From the NCBI RefSeq assembly GCF_006345805.1, contig NC_042999.1:145886001-145950000 (forward strand): a stretch of 64,000 nucleotides of DNA, read 5' to 3'. The stretch comes from Octopus sinensis. Lineage: Eukaryota. The notes under the pieces were generated by a model that ran no database searches, was not told the DNA's origin, and worked only from the letters and a program-made list of their open reading frames with translations. A program made the translations under genes and the position numbers. This document shows positions 63,119-64,000 of the stretch, piece by piece (position 1 is the first letter of the stretch; each line of letters begins with the position of its first letter).

Positions 63119-64000
63119 CACAACGTAACAATTATCAAAAAAATATTATTTTTTGTATTTTTTTATTGTTTATCAATCCATCTTTTCTGCTGATTCCAAA
63201 AATGAAATTATTTTTTGTGTATCATCAACAGTTAAGAAAATATGTCGACTTTCAATATTATTATGTATTCGGTATTGTTATAATGTTCCGCTACTAAATG
63301 TATGTCTAATGTTTTCTTTTAGACCAATTACTAAATTCTGCTACTTTCAAGATGGCTACTAGAGTATGTAAAAATTCTCCAAATACATTTTGCTATGTGT
63401 GTGGTTATTATATTGGAAAAAAGCAGGTATTACATAAGATGATGATGATGACCACCAGAAAATATTTCATCTGAAGTGTCAACAAGTAGCAGCAGTCAAG
63501 AAATGGAGGAAGCTTTCGTACCAAGAACGACTTCGAAGCCTCACTTTCCAAATCAGAGTGAGCTAGATGATTTAGTCAAGGATCTGGGTCTTACTAAATC
63601 AGGAGCTGAACTTCTTTCATCAAGGTTGAAAGAATGGAATCTACTGGGGAAAGACTGAAAGACATCTCTGTACTGGAAATGCCATGAAGAATTTGAAATC
63701 TACTATGAAAATATCAATGATCTGTGTTATTGTAAAGATGTGATTGGTTTGTTTACTGCTATTGGACTTAAGCAGGATTCTGCAGAATGGCGACTGTTCA
63801 TAGATAGCTCAACACGAAGTCTCAAAGCAGTGTTGCTCCACAATGGAAATAAATATCCTTCTTTGCCTCTTGCACATTCCAATGTCAAAGAACTTCTCGA
63901 CAAAATAAATTACGCTGAGTTCAAGTGGGATGTTTGTGGTGATTTCAAGATGCTTGCCTTCTTGCTTGGCTTGCAAGGGGGATACACAAAGTATTCATGT
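63119..64000 (+). mobile_element. Chapaev3-like (CMC) DNA transposon, internally deleted, running off the window
   Basis: TAA|CAC..GTAACAATT left end. ATG at 63352: MATRVCKNSPNTFCYVCG. Then ELDDLVKDLGLTK..AELLSSRL, WRLFIDSS.RSLKAVLLHNGN and VCGDFKMLAFLLGLQGGYTKY. Confidence 0.8.

Overview
AT-rich, microsatellite-dense eukaryotic genomic DNA. The repeat families look like octopus/cephalopod ones; this is inference, as I could not run a search. The only well-supported host gene is the 3' end of an ALK/LTK-like receptor tyrosine kinase on the + strand. It has three spliced exons (12546-12680, 13262-13352, 19910-21061) encoding kinase subdomains IX-XI and a long Q/N/H-rich tail. Most of the rest is transposon debris: several mariner/Tc1/maT-like elements, a Chapaev3-like element, two non-autonomous Helitrons, RTE LINE 3' ends, a pile-up of R4/Dong-type retrotransposons in (TAA)n tracts, Penelope-like element (PLE) fragments and at least four tRNA-derived SINE families. 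The most notable observations are (1) a PLE terminal repeat made of a tRNA-like Pol III head, an (AAT)n tract and a minimal hammerhead ribozyme, present once attached to a GIY-YIG ORF and once solo, (2) a second hammerhead family, (3) many perfect foldback palindromes, including a 476-bp spacerless one and a Tc1 derivative folded within its transposase, (4) a mariner with a 21-bp flanking direct repeat, and (5) a SINE mobilised as a trimer. No CRISPR array, rRNA or bona fide tRNA gene was found. Most long ORFs in the supplied track are microsatellite artefacts.
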